DNA from: the human T2T-CHM13v2.0 reference genome, Homo sapiens
Direction: 5' to 3' (one strand)
DNA: 64,000 bases
Assembly: GCF_009914755.1 (NCBI RefSeq)
Contig: NC_060939.1
Program-made: the position numbers and the translations under genes
Shown: positions 17,201 through 30,720 of the stretch, piece by piece
Numbering within the stretch: position 1 is the first letter of the stretch
Layout: every line of letters begins with the position of its first letter
The notes under the pieces: model-generated
The model's input: the letters and a program-made list of their open reading frames with translations, nothing else
Told to the model about the DNA's origin: nothing
Database searches by the model: none

Positions 17201-19915
17201 TTCCCATAAAAACTAGACAGAAGAATTCTGAGAAACTTCTTTGTGATGTATGCGTTCATCTCACAGAGCTGAAACTTTCCTTGGATTGAGCAGTTTGGAA
17301 ACCCTTCGTTTGTACAATCAGCAAGTGGACACTTGGGTCGCTTTGCAGCCTATGGTAGAAAAGGAAATATCTTCACATAAAATCTAGACAGAAGCAATCT
17401 GAGAAACTTCTTTGTGATGTGTGCATTCATCTCACAGGGTTAAACTTTTCTTTTGATGGAGCAGTTTTGAAACTTTCTTTTTGTAGGATCTACTAGTGGA
17501 CATTGGGAGAACTTTGAGGCCTATGGTGGAACAGGAAATACCTTCACATAAAAACTAGACAGAAGAATTCTGAGAAACTTCTTTGTGGTGTGTGCATTCA
17601 TCTCACATACTTGAAACTTTCCTTTGGTTGAGCAGTTTGGAAACCCTCTTTTTATTGAATCTGCAAGTGGACTTTTGGAGGGCTTTGCAGCCTATGGCAG
17701 AAAAGGAAATATCTTCACATAAAATCTAGACAGAAGCAATATGAGAAACTACTTTTTGATGTGTGTTTTCACCTCACAGATTTAAAGCTTTCTTTTCATT
17801 GAGCAGTTTTGAAACTCTGTTTTTGTAGAATCTGAAATTGGACATTTGGAGCATTTTGCGGCCTGTGGTAGAAAGGGAAATATCTTCATGTAAAATCTGA
17901 CAGAAGCAATCTGAGAAGCTTCTTAGTGTTGTGTGCATTCATCTCACAGACTTAAACCTTTCTTTTGATTAAGCAGTTTTGAAATTCTCTTTTTGTAGAA
18001 TCTGCAAGTGGACATTTGGAGCACTTTGATGCCTATTGTGGAAAAGGAAATATCTTCACATAAAAACTGTACAGAAGAATTCTGAGACATTTCTTTGTGA
18101 TGTGTGCATTGATCTCACAGAGTTGAACCTTTCTTTTGATTCAGCAGTTTGGAAACACTCTTTTTCTAGAGTCTGCAAGTGGACATTTGGAGCACTTTGG
18201 TGCCTATGGTAGAAAAGGAAATATCTTCACATAAAATCTAGACAGAAGCAATCTGAGAAACTTCTTTCTGATGTGTGTGATCATCTCACAGGGTTGAAAC
18301 TTTCTTTTGATTGAGCAGTTTGGAAATACTCTTTTTGTAACATCTGAAAGTGGACATTTGGAGCGCTTTGAGGCCTGTGGTGGAAAAGCAAAATCTTCAC
18401 ATAAAAACTAGACAGAATAATTTTAAGAAACTTCTATGTAATGCGTGCATTAACCTCAAAGAGTTGAACATTTCTTTTGATGTAGCAGTTTGGAAACTGC
18501 TCTTTTTGTAGAATCTGCAAGCAGACATTTGGAGCACTTTTGGACCTATTTTAGAAAAGGGAATATTTTCACACAAAAACTAGACAGAAGAATTCTGAGA
18601 AACTTCTTTGTGATGTGTGCGTTCATCTCACAGAATTGAAACTTTCTTTTGATTGAGCAGTTTGGAAACAGACTTTTTGTAGAATCTGTAAGGGGACATT
18701 TTGAGCGCTTTGAGGCCTATGGTGGAAAAGGAAATATCTTCAAATAAAAACTAGACAGAAGAGTTCTGAGAAACATCTTTGTGATATGTGCCTTCATCTC
18801 ACAGAGTTAAAGCTTTCTTTTCATTGAGCAATTTGGAAACACTCTTTTTGTAGAATCTGAAAGTGGACATTTGGAGCACTTTGAGGCCTGTAATGGAAAA
18901 TGAAATATCCTAGACAGAGTTTTGTGGCCTTCAGTAGAAACGGAAATATCTTCACATAAAATCTAGACAGAAGAAATCTGAGAAACTTCTTAGTGATGTG
19001 TGCATTCATCCCACAGATTTAAACTTTTCTTTTGATGGAGCAGTTTTGAAAATCTATTTTTGTAATATCTGCAAGTGGAGATTTTGAGTGATTTGAGGCC
19101 TATGGTGGAAAAGGAAATATCTTCACATCAAAGGTAGACAGAAGAATTCCGAGATACTTCTTTGTGATGTGTGAGTTCATCTCACAGGATTGAAACTTTC
19201 TTTTCATTGAACAGTTTGGAAACACTCTTTTTGTAGAATCTGCAAGTGGATATTTGGAGCGCTTTGTGGCCTATGGTAGAAAAGGAAATATCTTCACGTA
19301 AAAACTATATAGACGCATTCTGGGAAACTTCTTTGTGATGTGTATGTTCATCTCACAGAGTTGAACCTTTCTTTGGATTGAGCATTTTGGAAACACTCTT
19401 TCTGTAAAATCTGCAAGAAGCAATCTGTGAAACTTCTTTGTGATTTGTGTATTAATCTCACAGAGTTAACCCTTTCTTTTGATTGAGCAGTTTTTAAACT
19501 CTCTTTTTGTCAAATCTGCATTTGTACATTTGGAAGGCTTTGAGACCTATGGTGAAAAAGGAATTATCTTCTCATAAAATCTAGAAAGACAAATTCTGAG
19601 AAACTACTTTGTGATGTGTGCATTCCTCTCACAGAGTTGAAACTTTCTTTTGTTTGGGCCGTTTGGAAACACTCTTTTTGTTGAATCTGCAAGTGGACAT
19701 TTGGAGCACTTTGCAGCCTGTGGCAGAAAAGGAAATATCTTCACATAAAATCTAGACAGAAGCAATCTGACATAATTCTTTTTGATGTGAGAATTCATCT
19801 GACAGAGTTAAACATTTTTTTTGATGAAGCAGTTTTGAAACTATTTTTGTACGTTCTGCAAGTGGACATTTGGAACACTTTGAGGTCTATGGTGGAAAAG
19901 GAAATATATTCAAAT
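8229..19915 (+). repeat. Alpha satellite, dimeric-pattern layer (layer 2)
   Basis: Mostly alternating units 'ggtagaaaagg...aaatctagacagaagcaatctgag' and 'ggtggaaaagg...aaactagacagaagaattctgag'. Confidence 0.96.
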
Positions 19916-20800
19916 AACAAATTTACAAGAAAACAACAAACAACCCCATCTAAAAGTGGGCAAAGGACATGAACAGACACTTCTCAAAAGAAGACATTTA
20001 TGCAGCCAAAAAACACATGAAAAAATGCTCATCATCACTGGCCATCAGAGAAATGCAAATCAAAACCACAATGAGATACCATCTCACACCAGTTAAAATG
20101 GCAATCATTAAAAAATCAGGAAACAAGAGGTGCTGGAGAGGATGTGGAGAAATAGGAACAATTTTACACTGTTGGTGGGACTGTAAACTAGTTCAATCAT
20201 TGTGGAAGTCAGTGGGACGATTCCTCAGGGATCTAGAACTGGAAATACCATTTGACCCAGCCATCCCCTTACTGGGTATATGCCCAAAGGACTACAAATC
20301 ATGCTGCTACAAAGACACATGCACACGTATGTTTATTGCGGCACTATTCACAATAGCAAAGACTTGGAACCAACCCAAATGTCCAACAATGTTAGACTGG
20401 ATTAAGAAAATGTGACATGTATACACCATGGAATACTATGCAGCCATAAAAAATGATGAGTTCATGTCCTTTGTAGGGACATGGATGAAATTGGAAATCA
20501 TCATTCTCAGTAAACTATCACAAGAACAAAAAACCAAACACCGCATATTCTCACTCATAAGTGGGAATTGAACAATGAGAACACATGGACACAGGAAGGG
20601 GAACATCACATTCTGGGGACTGTTGTGTGGTGGGGGAGGGGGTAAGGATAGCATTGGGAGATATACCTAATGCTAGATGACGAGTTAGTGGGTGCAGCAC
20701 ACCAGCATGGCACATGTATACATATGTAACTAACCTGAACAATGTGCACATGTACCCTAAAACTTAAAGGATAATAATAAAAAAATAAAAATAATAAAAA
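19916..20800 (+). mobile_element. LINE-1 (L1PA2/L1PA3-type), 5'-truncated ~0.89 kb 3' end
   Basis: Starts 'aacaaatttacaagaaaa'. Contains the ORF2 C-terminal Cys-rich region ([18 protein letters not shown]), the 3'UTR with G-rich tract and 'gctagatgacgagttagtggg', and an A-rich tail to ~20800. Confidence 0.96.
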
Positions 20801-22880
20801 AAAAACTAGACAGAAAAATTCTGAGAAAATTCTTTGTGATGTGTGCTTTAATCTCACAGAGTTGAACCTTTCTTTTGATTGAGCAATTTTTAAACGCTCT
20901 TTTTGTAGTATCTGCAAGTGGACATTTATAGCACTTTGTGGCCTATGGTAAAAAAGGATATACCTTCACATAAAATCTATACAGAAGCGATCTGAGAAAC
21001 TTCTTTGTGATGTGTGCGTTCATCTCACAGAGTTGAGTTTTTCTTTTGATTGAGCGCTTTGGAAACTCTCTTTTTGTAGAATCTGCAAATGGACATTTGG
21101 AGCGCTTTCAGGCCTATGGTAGAAAAGGAAATATCTTCACATGAAATCTAGACAGAAGCAATCTGAGAAACTTCTTTGGGATGTGTGCCTCCATCTCACA
21201 GAGTTAAATCTTTCTTTTGATAGAGCAGTTCCGAAACTCTCTTTTTGCAGAATCTGCAAGTGGATATTTGGAGCAATTTGAGGCCTATGGTGGAAAAGGT
21301 AATATCTTCAAATAAAAACTACACAGAAGAATTCTGACAAACTACTCTGTGATGTGTGCATTCATCTCACATAGTTGAACTTTCTTTCAATTGAGCAGGT
21401 TGGAAACATTCTTTTTGTAGCTGCATGTGGACATTTGCAGAGGTTTGAGGCCTATGGCGGAAAAGGAAATATCTTCACATAAAAACTAGACAGAGGAATT
21501 CTGAGAAACTTCTTTGTGTTGTGTGTGTTCATCTCACAGAGTTGAAACTTTCTTTTGATTGAGCAGTTTGGAAACACTCTTTTTGTAGAATCTGCAAGTG
21601 GATATTTGGAGTGTTTTGCGGCCTATTGCAGAAAAGGAAATACCTTCACATAAAATCCAGACAGAAGCAATCTGAGAAACTTCTTTGTGGTGTGTGCGTT
21701 CATCTCAGAGTTGACACTTTCTTTTGATTGTGCAGCTTTGAAACTCTCTTTTTGTAGAATCTGCAAGTGGACATTTGGAGCGCTTTGAGGCCTTTGGTGG
21801 AAAAGGACATATCTTCACATAAAAACTACACAGAATAATTCTGAGAAACTTTTTGTGATGTGTTATACCTTTCTCACAAAGTTGAACCTTTCATTTGATT
21901 CAGCAGTTTGGAAACACTCTTTTTGTAGAATCTACAAATGGACATTTGGATCGCTTTGTGGCCTATTGTAGAAAAGGAAATATCTTCACTTAAAATCTAG
22001 ACAAAAGCAATCTCACAAACTTCTTTGTGATGTGTGCATTCATCTCAAGGAGTTAAACCTTTATTTTCATTGAGTAATTTTGAAACTCTCTTTTGTAGAA
22101 TCTGCAAGTGGACATTTGGAGTGCTTTGAGGCCTATAGTGCAAAAGGAAATATCTTCACATAAAAACTAGATAGAAGCATTCTGAGAAACTGCTTTGTGA
22201 TGTGTGCATTCATCTCTCAGAGTTGAAGCTTTCTTTTGGTGGAACAGTTTTGAAATACTCTTTTTGTAGAATCTGCAAGTGGACATTTTGAGAGCCTTCA
22301 GGCCTAAGGTGGAAAAGGAAGTATCTTCATATAAAAACTAGACAGAAGAATTCTGACAAACTTCTTTGTGATGAGTGCGTTCATCTCACAGAGTTGAACA
22401 TTTCTTTTGATTAAGCAGTTTGGAAACACACTTTTTGTAGAATCTGCAAGTGGACATTTGGAACACTTTGTAGCCTATGGTAGAAAAGGAAATATCATCA
22501 CATAAAATCTAGACAGAAGCAATCTGAAAGACTTCTTTGTTATGTGTGCATTCATCTCACACAGTTAAACTTTTTTTTGATTGAGCAGTTTTGAAACTCT
22601 CTTTTTGTAGAATCTGCAAGTGGACATTTGGAGCGATTTGGGGCCTGTGGTGGAAAAGAAAGTATCTTCACATAAAAACAAGGCAGAGGAATTCTGAGAA
22701 ACTTCTTTGTGATGTGTGCATTCATCTCCCGATTTGAACCATTCTTTTGACGGACCAGTTAGGAAATACACTTTTTGTAGGATATGCAAGCGTACATTTG
22801 TAGCACTTTAAGGCCTATGGTGGAAAAGGAAATATCTTCATATAAAAACTAATCAGAAGAATTCTGAGACACTTCTTTGT
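20801..22880 (+). repeat. Alpha satellite, continuation of dimeric layer 2
   Basis: Same alternating gaattctg/gcaatctg units; 'gtggacatttgg' dominant. Confidence 0.93.
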
Positions 22881-25800
22881 GATGCGTGCATTCATCTCAC
22901 AGGGTTGAACCTATCTTATGATTGAGCAGTATTGAAACACTCTCTTTCTAGAATCTGCAAGTGGATATTTGGAGTGCTTTGAGGCCTACTGTGGAAAAGG
23001 AAATATCTTCACATAAAAACTACACAGAAACACTCTGAGAAACTTCTTTGTGATATGTGGATTAATCTCACAGTGTTCAACCTTTATTTTGATTGAGCAG
23101 TTTTGAAACATTTTTTTTGTAGAATCTGTAAGTGCATATACGGAGCCCTTGGAGGCCTATGGTGGAAAAGCATATATCTTCACATAAAAACTGCACAGAA
23201 GCATATTGAGAAATTTCTTTGTGATGTGTACATTCATCTCACAGAGTTGAACTTTCTTTTTATTGAGCAGTTTTGAAACACTCTTTTTGTAGTATCTGCA
23301 AGTGGATATTTGGAGCACTTTGAGGCCTATTGTGGAAAAGGAAATATGTTCACATAAAAACTACAGAGAAGCATTCTGAGACACATCTTTGTGATGTTTG
23401 CATTCAACTAACATAGTTGTACCTATCTTTTGATTAAGCAGTTTTGCATCTCTCTTTTTGTAGAATCTGCAAGTGGATAATTGGAGCCCTATGCCACCTA
23501 CAGAGGAAAAGGAGATATCTTCAAATAAAAACTACACCGAGGCATTCTGAGAAACTTCTTTGTGATGTGTGTTTTCGTCTCACAGAGTTGTACCTATCTT
23601 ATGATTAAGCAGTTTTGAAACACTCTCTTTGTAGAATCTGCAAGTGGATACTTGGAGTGCTTTGAGGCCTACTATGGCAAAGAAATATCTTCACATAAAA
23701 ACTACACAGAAGCATTCTGAGAAACTTTGTTATGTGTGCATTCATCTCACAAAATTCCAACTTTCTTTTGATTCGGCAGTTTTCAAACACTGTTCTTGTA
23801 GAATCTGTAAGTCGGTATTTGCAGGGTTTTGAGGCTTACCACGGAAAAGCAAATAGCTTCACATAAAAAATACACAGAACCATTCTGAAAAACTTCTTTG
23901 TGATGTGTGCATTCATCTCACGGGGTTGAACCTATCTTACGATTGAGCAGTTTTGAAACATTGTCTTTCTAGAATCTGCAAGTGGATATTTGGAGCGCTT
24001 TGAGGCTTACTGTGGAAAAGGAAATATCTTCACATAAATACTACACAGAAGCATTCTGAGAAACGTATTATTGATGTGTGTATTCAACTCACAGTGTTGA
24101 ACCTCTCTTTTCATCGAGCAGTTTTGAATCTGTCTTTTTGTAGAATCTGCAAGTGGACATTTGGAGCCCTTTCTGACATATGGAGGAAAAGGAAATATCT
24201 TCCAATAAAAACTACACAGAAGCATTCTCAAAAACTTCTGTGTGATGTGTACATTCATCTCAGAGAGTTGAAACTTTCTTTTGATTGAGCAGTTTTTAAA
24301 CACTCTTTTTTTAGAAATTGCAAGTGGATATTTGGAGTGCTTTGAGGCCTATTATGGTAAAGGAAATATCTTCACATAAAAACTACACAGAAGCATTCTG
24401 AGAAACTTCTTTGTGATGTGTGCATTCAACCCACAGAGTTGAACCCGTCTTTTGATTGAGCAGTTTTGAATCTCACTTTTTGTAGGATATGCAAGTGGAT
24501 ATTTGGAGCCCTTTGTGGCATATGGTAGAAAAGGAAATATCTTCACATAACAACTACTCAGAAGTATTCTGATAAACTTCTTTGTGATGAGTGCATTGAA
24601 CTCATAGAGTTGAACATATCTTTTTATTGAGCAGTTTTGAATCTCTCTTTTGTAGAATCTTCAAGTGGATATTTGGAGCTCTTTAAGGCGTACGTTGGAA
24701 AAGGAAATATCTTCAAATATAAACTACACAGAATCATTCTGAGAAAATTCTTTGTGATGTATGCATTCATCTCACAGAATTGAACCTTTCTTTTGATTGG
24801 ACAGTTTTGAAACACTCTTTTTGTAGAATCTACACGTGGATATTTTGAGCCCTTTGAGGCCTATAGTGGAAAAGGAAACATCTTCACATAAAAACTACAC
24901 GAAAGCATTCTGAGAAACATCTTTGTGATGTGTGCATTCAACTCACATTGTTGAACCAATCTTTTGATTGAGCAGTTTTGAATCTCTCCTTTTGTAGAAT
25001 CTGCAAGTGGATAATTGGAGCCCTTTGCCACCTACAGAGGAAAAGGAAATATCTTCAAATAAAAACTACACACATGCATTTTGAGAAACTTCTTTTTGAA
25101 GTGTACATACAACTCACAGAGTTGAAACTATCTTCTGATTGAGCAGTTTTGAATCTCTCTTTTTGTAGAATATTCAAGTGGATATTTGGAGTCCTTTGTG
25201 ACCTATGGAGGAAAAGGAAATATCTCCCAATAAAAACTACACAGAAGCATTCTCAGAAACTTCTTTGTGATGTGTGCATTAATATCACAGAGTTGAAACT
25301 TTCTTTTGATTGAGCAGTTTTCAAACTCACTTTTTATAGAAACTGCAAGTGGATATTCGGAGCGTATTGAGGCCTATTGTCGAAAAGGAAATATCTTCAC
25401 ATAAAAATTACACAGAAGCATTCTGAGAAACTTCTTTGTGATGTGTGCATAAGTCTCACAGAGTTGAAGCTATCTTATGATTGAGCAGTTTTGAAACACT
25501 CCCTTTGTAGAATCTGTAAGTGGATACTTGTGGCGCTTTGAAGTCTATTGTGGCAAAGAAATATCTTCCAGTAAAAACTACGCAGAAACATTCTGAGAAA
25601 CTTCTTTGTGATGTGTGCATTCATCTCACAGAGTTGAACCTTTCTTTTCATTGAGCTGTTTTGAAACACTGTTTTTGTAGTATCTGCAACTAGATATGTG
25701 GAGCGATTTGAGGCCTTCTGTGGAAAAGCAATTATTTTCATGTTAAAGATACACAGAAGCATTCTGAGAAACATCTTTGTGATGTGTGCATTCATCTCAC

Positions 25801-27744
25801 GGAGTTGAACCTACGTTATGATTAAGCAGTTTTCAAAAACTCTTTTTGTAGAATCTGCAAGTGGATATTTGGAGCGCTTTGAGGCATATTGTGGAAAAGG
25901 AAATATATTCACATAAAAACTACACAGAAGCATTCTGAGTAACTTCTTTGTGATTAGTGCATTCATCACACAGAGCTGAACTTTTCTTTTGATTGAGCAG
26001 TTTTGAATCTCTCTCTTTGTAGAATCTGCAAGTGGATACTTGGATTGCTATCTGGCCCGTTGTGGAAAAGGAAATGTCTTCACATGAAAACTACACAGAA
26101 GGATTCTGACAAACTTCTTTGTGATGTGTGCATTCATCTAACAGATTTCAACCATTCTTTTGATTCAGCAGTTTTGAAACACTGTTTTTGGAGTATCTGC
26201 AAGTGGGTATTTGGAGGGCTTTGAGGCCTCCTGTGGAAAAGCAAATATCTTCACATAAAAACTACACAGAAGCATTCTGAGAAACTTCCTTGCGATGTGT
26301 GCATTCATCACACAGAATTGAAACTTTCTGTTGATTGAGCTGTTTTTAAACACACTTTTTGTAGAATATGCAAGTGGATATTTGCAGTGCTTTGATTCCT
26401 ATTGTGGAAAAGGAAATATCTTCACATAAACACTACACAGAAACATTCAGAGAAAGTATTTTGTGACGTGTGCATTAAAATCACAGAGTTGATATTATTT
26501 TTTGATTGAGTTGTTTTGAATCTCTCTTTTTGTAGAATCAGCAATTGGATATTTGGAGCCCTTTGCATCCTATGGAGGAAAAGGAAATATCTTCACCTGA
26601 AAACTACACAGAAGCATTCTGAGAAACTTCTTTGTGATGCGTGCATTCATCTCACAGAGTTGAACCTAACGTATAATTCAGCAGTTCTAAAACACTGTTT
26701 TTGTAGAATCTGCAAGGGGATATTTGGAGCGCTTTGAGGCCTACTGTGGAAAATCAAATATCTTCACATAAAAACTACACAGAATCATTCTGAGAAACTT
26801 CGTTGGGCTGTGTGCATTCATCTCACAGAGTTGAACCTATCTTATGATTGAGCAGTTTTGAAAAATTCTCTTTGTAAAATCTGCAAGTGTATACTTGGAG
26901 CGCTTGGAGGCCTATTGTGGCAAAGAAGTATCTTCACATAGAAATTACACAGAAGCATTCATAGAAACTTCTTTGTGATGTGTGCATTCATCTCACAGAG
27001 TTGAAACTTTCTTTTCATTGAGCACTTTTGAAACCCTGTTTTTGTAGTATCTGCAACGGAAATTTGGAGCGCTTTGAGCCCTACTGTGGAAAAGCAAATA
27101 TCTTCACATAAGAACTACACAGAAGCATTCTGAGATACTTCTTTGTGATGTCTGCATTCATCTAACAGAGTTGAAACTTTCTTTTGATTGAGCAGTTTTG
27201 TAACACTCTTTTTGTATAATATGAAAGTGGATATTTGCAGTGCTTTGAGTCCTATTGTTGAAAAGGAAATATCTTAACAAAAAAAAATACACAGAAGCAT
27301 CCTGAGAAACTACTTTGTAATGTGTGCATTCATCTCACAGAGTTGAACCTATCTTTTGATTGTGAAGTTTTTAATCTCTCTTCTTGTAGAATCTGGAAGT
27401 GGATATTTGGAGCCCTTTATGGCCTATGGAGGTAAAGGAAATATCTTCAAATAAAAACTACACAGAAGCATTCTGAGAAACTTCTTTGTGATGTGTGCGT
27501 TCATCTCACACAGATGAACATATCTTATGATTGAGCAGTTTTGAAACACTCTCTTTGCAGAACCTTCAGGTGGATATTTTGAGCGCATTGTGGCTTATTG
27601 TGTAAAAGGAAATATCTTCACATAAAAACTACTAGAAGCATTCTGAGAAACTACTTTGTTATGTGGGTATTCATTGAGCAGAGTTGAACCTTCCTTTTGA
27701 TTGAGCAGTTTTGAAACACTGTTTGTATATAATCTGTATAGGCC

Positions 27745-30720
27745 GCTTTGAGGTCAACTGTGGAAAAGCAAATATCTTCATGTAAAAACTACACAGACGC
27801 ATTCTGAGAAACTTCTTTGTGATGTGTGCATCCATCCCACAGAGTTGAAAGTTTCTTTTGATTGAGAAGTTTTGAAACTCTCTTTTTGTATAGTCTGCAA
27901 CTGGATATTTGGAGCCCTTTTAGGCCTATTATGGAAAAGGAAATATATTTAAGTAAAAACTACACAGAAGCATTCAAAGAAACACGTTTGTGATGTGTGC
28001 ATTCAAATCACTGAGTTGAACATATCTTTTGATTAAGCAGTTTTGAATTTCTCTTTTGTAGAATCTGCAAGTGGATATTTGAAGATCTTTGCAGCCTGTG
28101 GAGGAAAAGGAAATATCTTCAAATAAATACTACACAGAAGAATTCTGAGAAAATTCTCTGTGATGTGTGCATTCATCTCATAGATTTGAACCTATCTTAT
28201 GATTGAGCAGTTTTGAAACACTCTCTTTGTAGAATCTGAAAGTGGACAACCGGAGGGCTTTCAGGCCTGTTGTGAAAAAGGAACTATTTTCACATAAAAA
28301 CTACACAGAAGAATTCTGTGAAACTTCTTTGTGATGTGTGCATTTATCTCACAGAGTTGCACCTTTCTTTTGATTGTACACTTTTGAAACACTGTTTTGG
28401 TAGAATCTGCAAGTGGATATTTGGAGCCCTTTGTGGCCTACATTGGAAAAGGAAATATCTCCAAATAGAAACTACACAGAAGCATTTTGAAAAACTTCTG
28501 TGTGATGTGTGCATTCATCTCACAGAGTTGAACTTTTGTTTTGATTGAGAAGTTTTGAAACACTCTTTTTGTAGAATCTGCAAGTGGATATTTGGAGTGC
28601 TTTGAGGCCTATTGTGGAAAATGAAATATCTTCACATAAAAGCTACACAGAAGCATTCTGAGAAACTTCTTTGTGATGTTTGCATTCAACTCGCAGAGTT
28701 GAACCTATCTTTTGATTGAGCAGCTTTGAATCTCTGTTTTTCTATAATCTGCAAGTGGATATTTGGAGCCCTTTGTGGCCTATGGACGATAAGGAAATAT
28801 CTTCTAGTAAACACTACAGAGACGCATACTGAGAAACTTCTTCGTGATGTGTGCCTTCATATCAGAGAGTTAAACCTATCTTATGATTGAGCAGATTTGA
28901 AACATTTGATTTGTAGAATCTGCAAGTGGATATTTGGAGTGCTTTGAGGCCTCCTGTGGAAAAGCAAATATCTTCACATTAAAATTATAGGGAAGTATTC
29001 TGAGAAACTTCTTCGTGATGTGCGCATTCATCTCACAGAGTTGAAACTTTCTTTTGATTGGACAGTTTTGAAACACTGTTTTCGTAAAACCTACAAGTGG
29101 ATATTAGAGCACTTTGAGGCCTACTATGGAAAAGCAAATATCTTCACATAAAAACTACACAGAAGCATTCTGAGTAATTTCTTTGTGATGTGTGCATTCA
29201 TCTCCTGGAGTTGAACCTTTCCGTTGAACGAGCAGTTTTGCAACACACTTTTTGTAGAATCTGCAAGTGGATATTTGGAAAGCTTTGAGGTCTATTGTGG
29301 AAAACGAAATATCTACACATAAAAACTACACAGAAGCATTCTGAGAAACTACTTTGTGATATGTGCATTAGACTCACAGAGGTGAACTTATCTTTTGATT
29401 GAGCAGTTTTGAATCTCTCTTTTTGTAGAAGCTGTAAGTAGATATTTGCAGCCCTTTAGGGCCCATGGAGGAAAAGGAAATATCTTCAATTAAAAACTAC
29501 ACAGAAGCATTCTAAGAAACTTCTTTGTGATGTGTGCATTCATCTCTCAGAGTTGAACCTCTCTTATGATTCAGCAGTTTTGAAACACTGTTTTTGTGGA
29601 ATCTGCAAGTGGATATTTGGAGCGCTTTGAGGCCATCTGTGGAAAAGCAAATATCTTCAGATAAAAACTACATAGAATCCTTCTGATAAATATCTTTGTG
29701 ATGTGTGCATTCATCTCACAGAGTTGAACCTATCTTATGATTGATCAGTTTTGAAACATTCTTTCTGTAGAATCTGCAAGTGGATTATTGAAGCGCTTTC
29801 AAGTCTATTGTGGAAAAGGAAATACCTTAACATAAAAACTACACAGAAGCATTCTGAGAAACTTCTTTGGGATGTGTGCATTCATCTCACAGAATTGAGT
29901 GTATCTTATGATTTAGCCGTTTTGAAACACTCTCTTTGTAGAATCTGCAAGTGGATATTTGGAGCGTTTTGAGGCTTTTTGTGGAAAAGGAAATATCTTC
30001 ACATAAAAACTACACAGAATCATTCTGAGAAACTTCTTTGTGATGAGTGCATTCATCTCACAGATTTCAACATACCTTCTGATTGAGCAGTTTTGAATCT
30101 CTCTTTCTGTAAAATCTGCAAGTGCATATTTTGAGCCCTTTGTGGCCTATGGTGGAAAAGGAAATATCTTCACATAAAAACTTCACAGAAGCATTGTGAG
30201 AAACTTCTTTGGTTGTGTGCATTCAACTCAAACTGTTGAAATTATGTTTTGCTTGAGCAGTTTTGCATCTCTCTTTTTGTAGAATCTGCAATTGGAAATT
30301 TGGAGCCCTTGTGGCGTATGGAGAAAAAGGAAATACCTTCAAATAAAAACTACACAGAAGCATCTTGAGAAACCTCTTTGTGATGTGTGCTTTCATCTCA
30401 CAGAGTTGAACTTATCTTATGATTGAGCAGTTTTGAAACACTCTCTTTTTAGAAGCTGTAAGTTGATAACTGGAGTGCTTTAAGGCCTAATGTGGAAAAG
30501 GAAATATCTTCCCATGAAAACTACACAGAAGCATTCTGAGAAACTTCTTCGTGATGTGTACATTCAACTCACAGAGGTGAACCTGTCTTTTGATTGCGCA
30601 GTTTTGACTCTACCTTTTGGTAGAATCTGCAACTGGATATTTGGAGACTTTTGCACCCTATGGAGGAAACGGAAATATCTTCAAGTAAAAACTTCACAGA
30701 AGCATTCTGAGAAACTTCTT
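27745..30720 (+). repeat. Copy 1 of ~3-kb (~17 monomer) direct duplication within alpha satellite
   Basis: Private variants (gtggacaaccggagggct, cttctagtaaacactacagagac, cgtaaaacctacaag, gactctaccttttgg) recur ~5,556-5,560 bp downstream. Confidence 0.9.
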
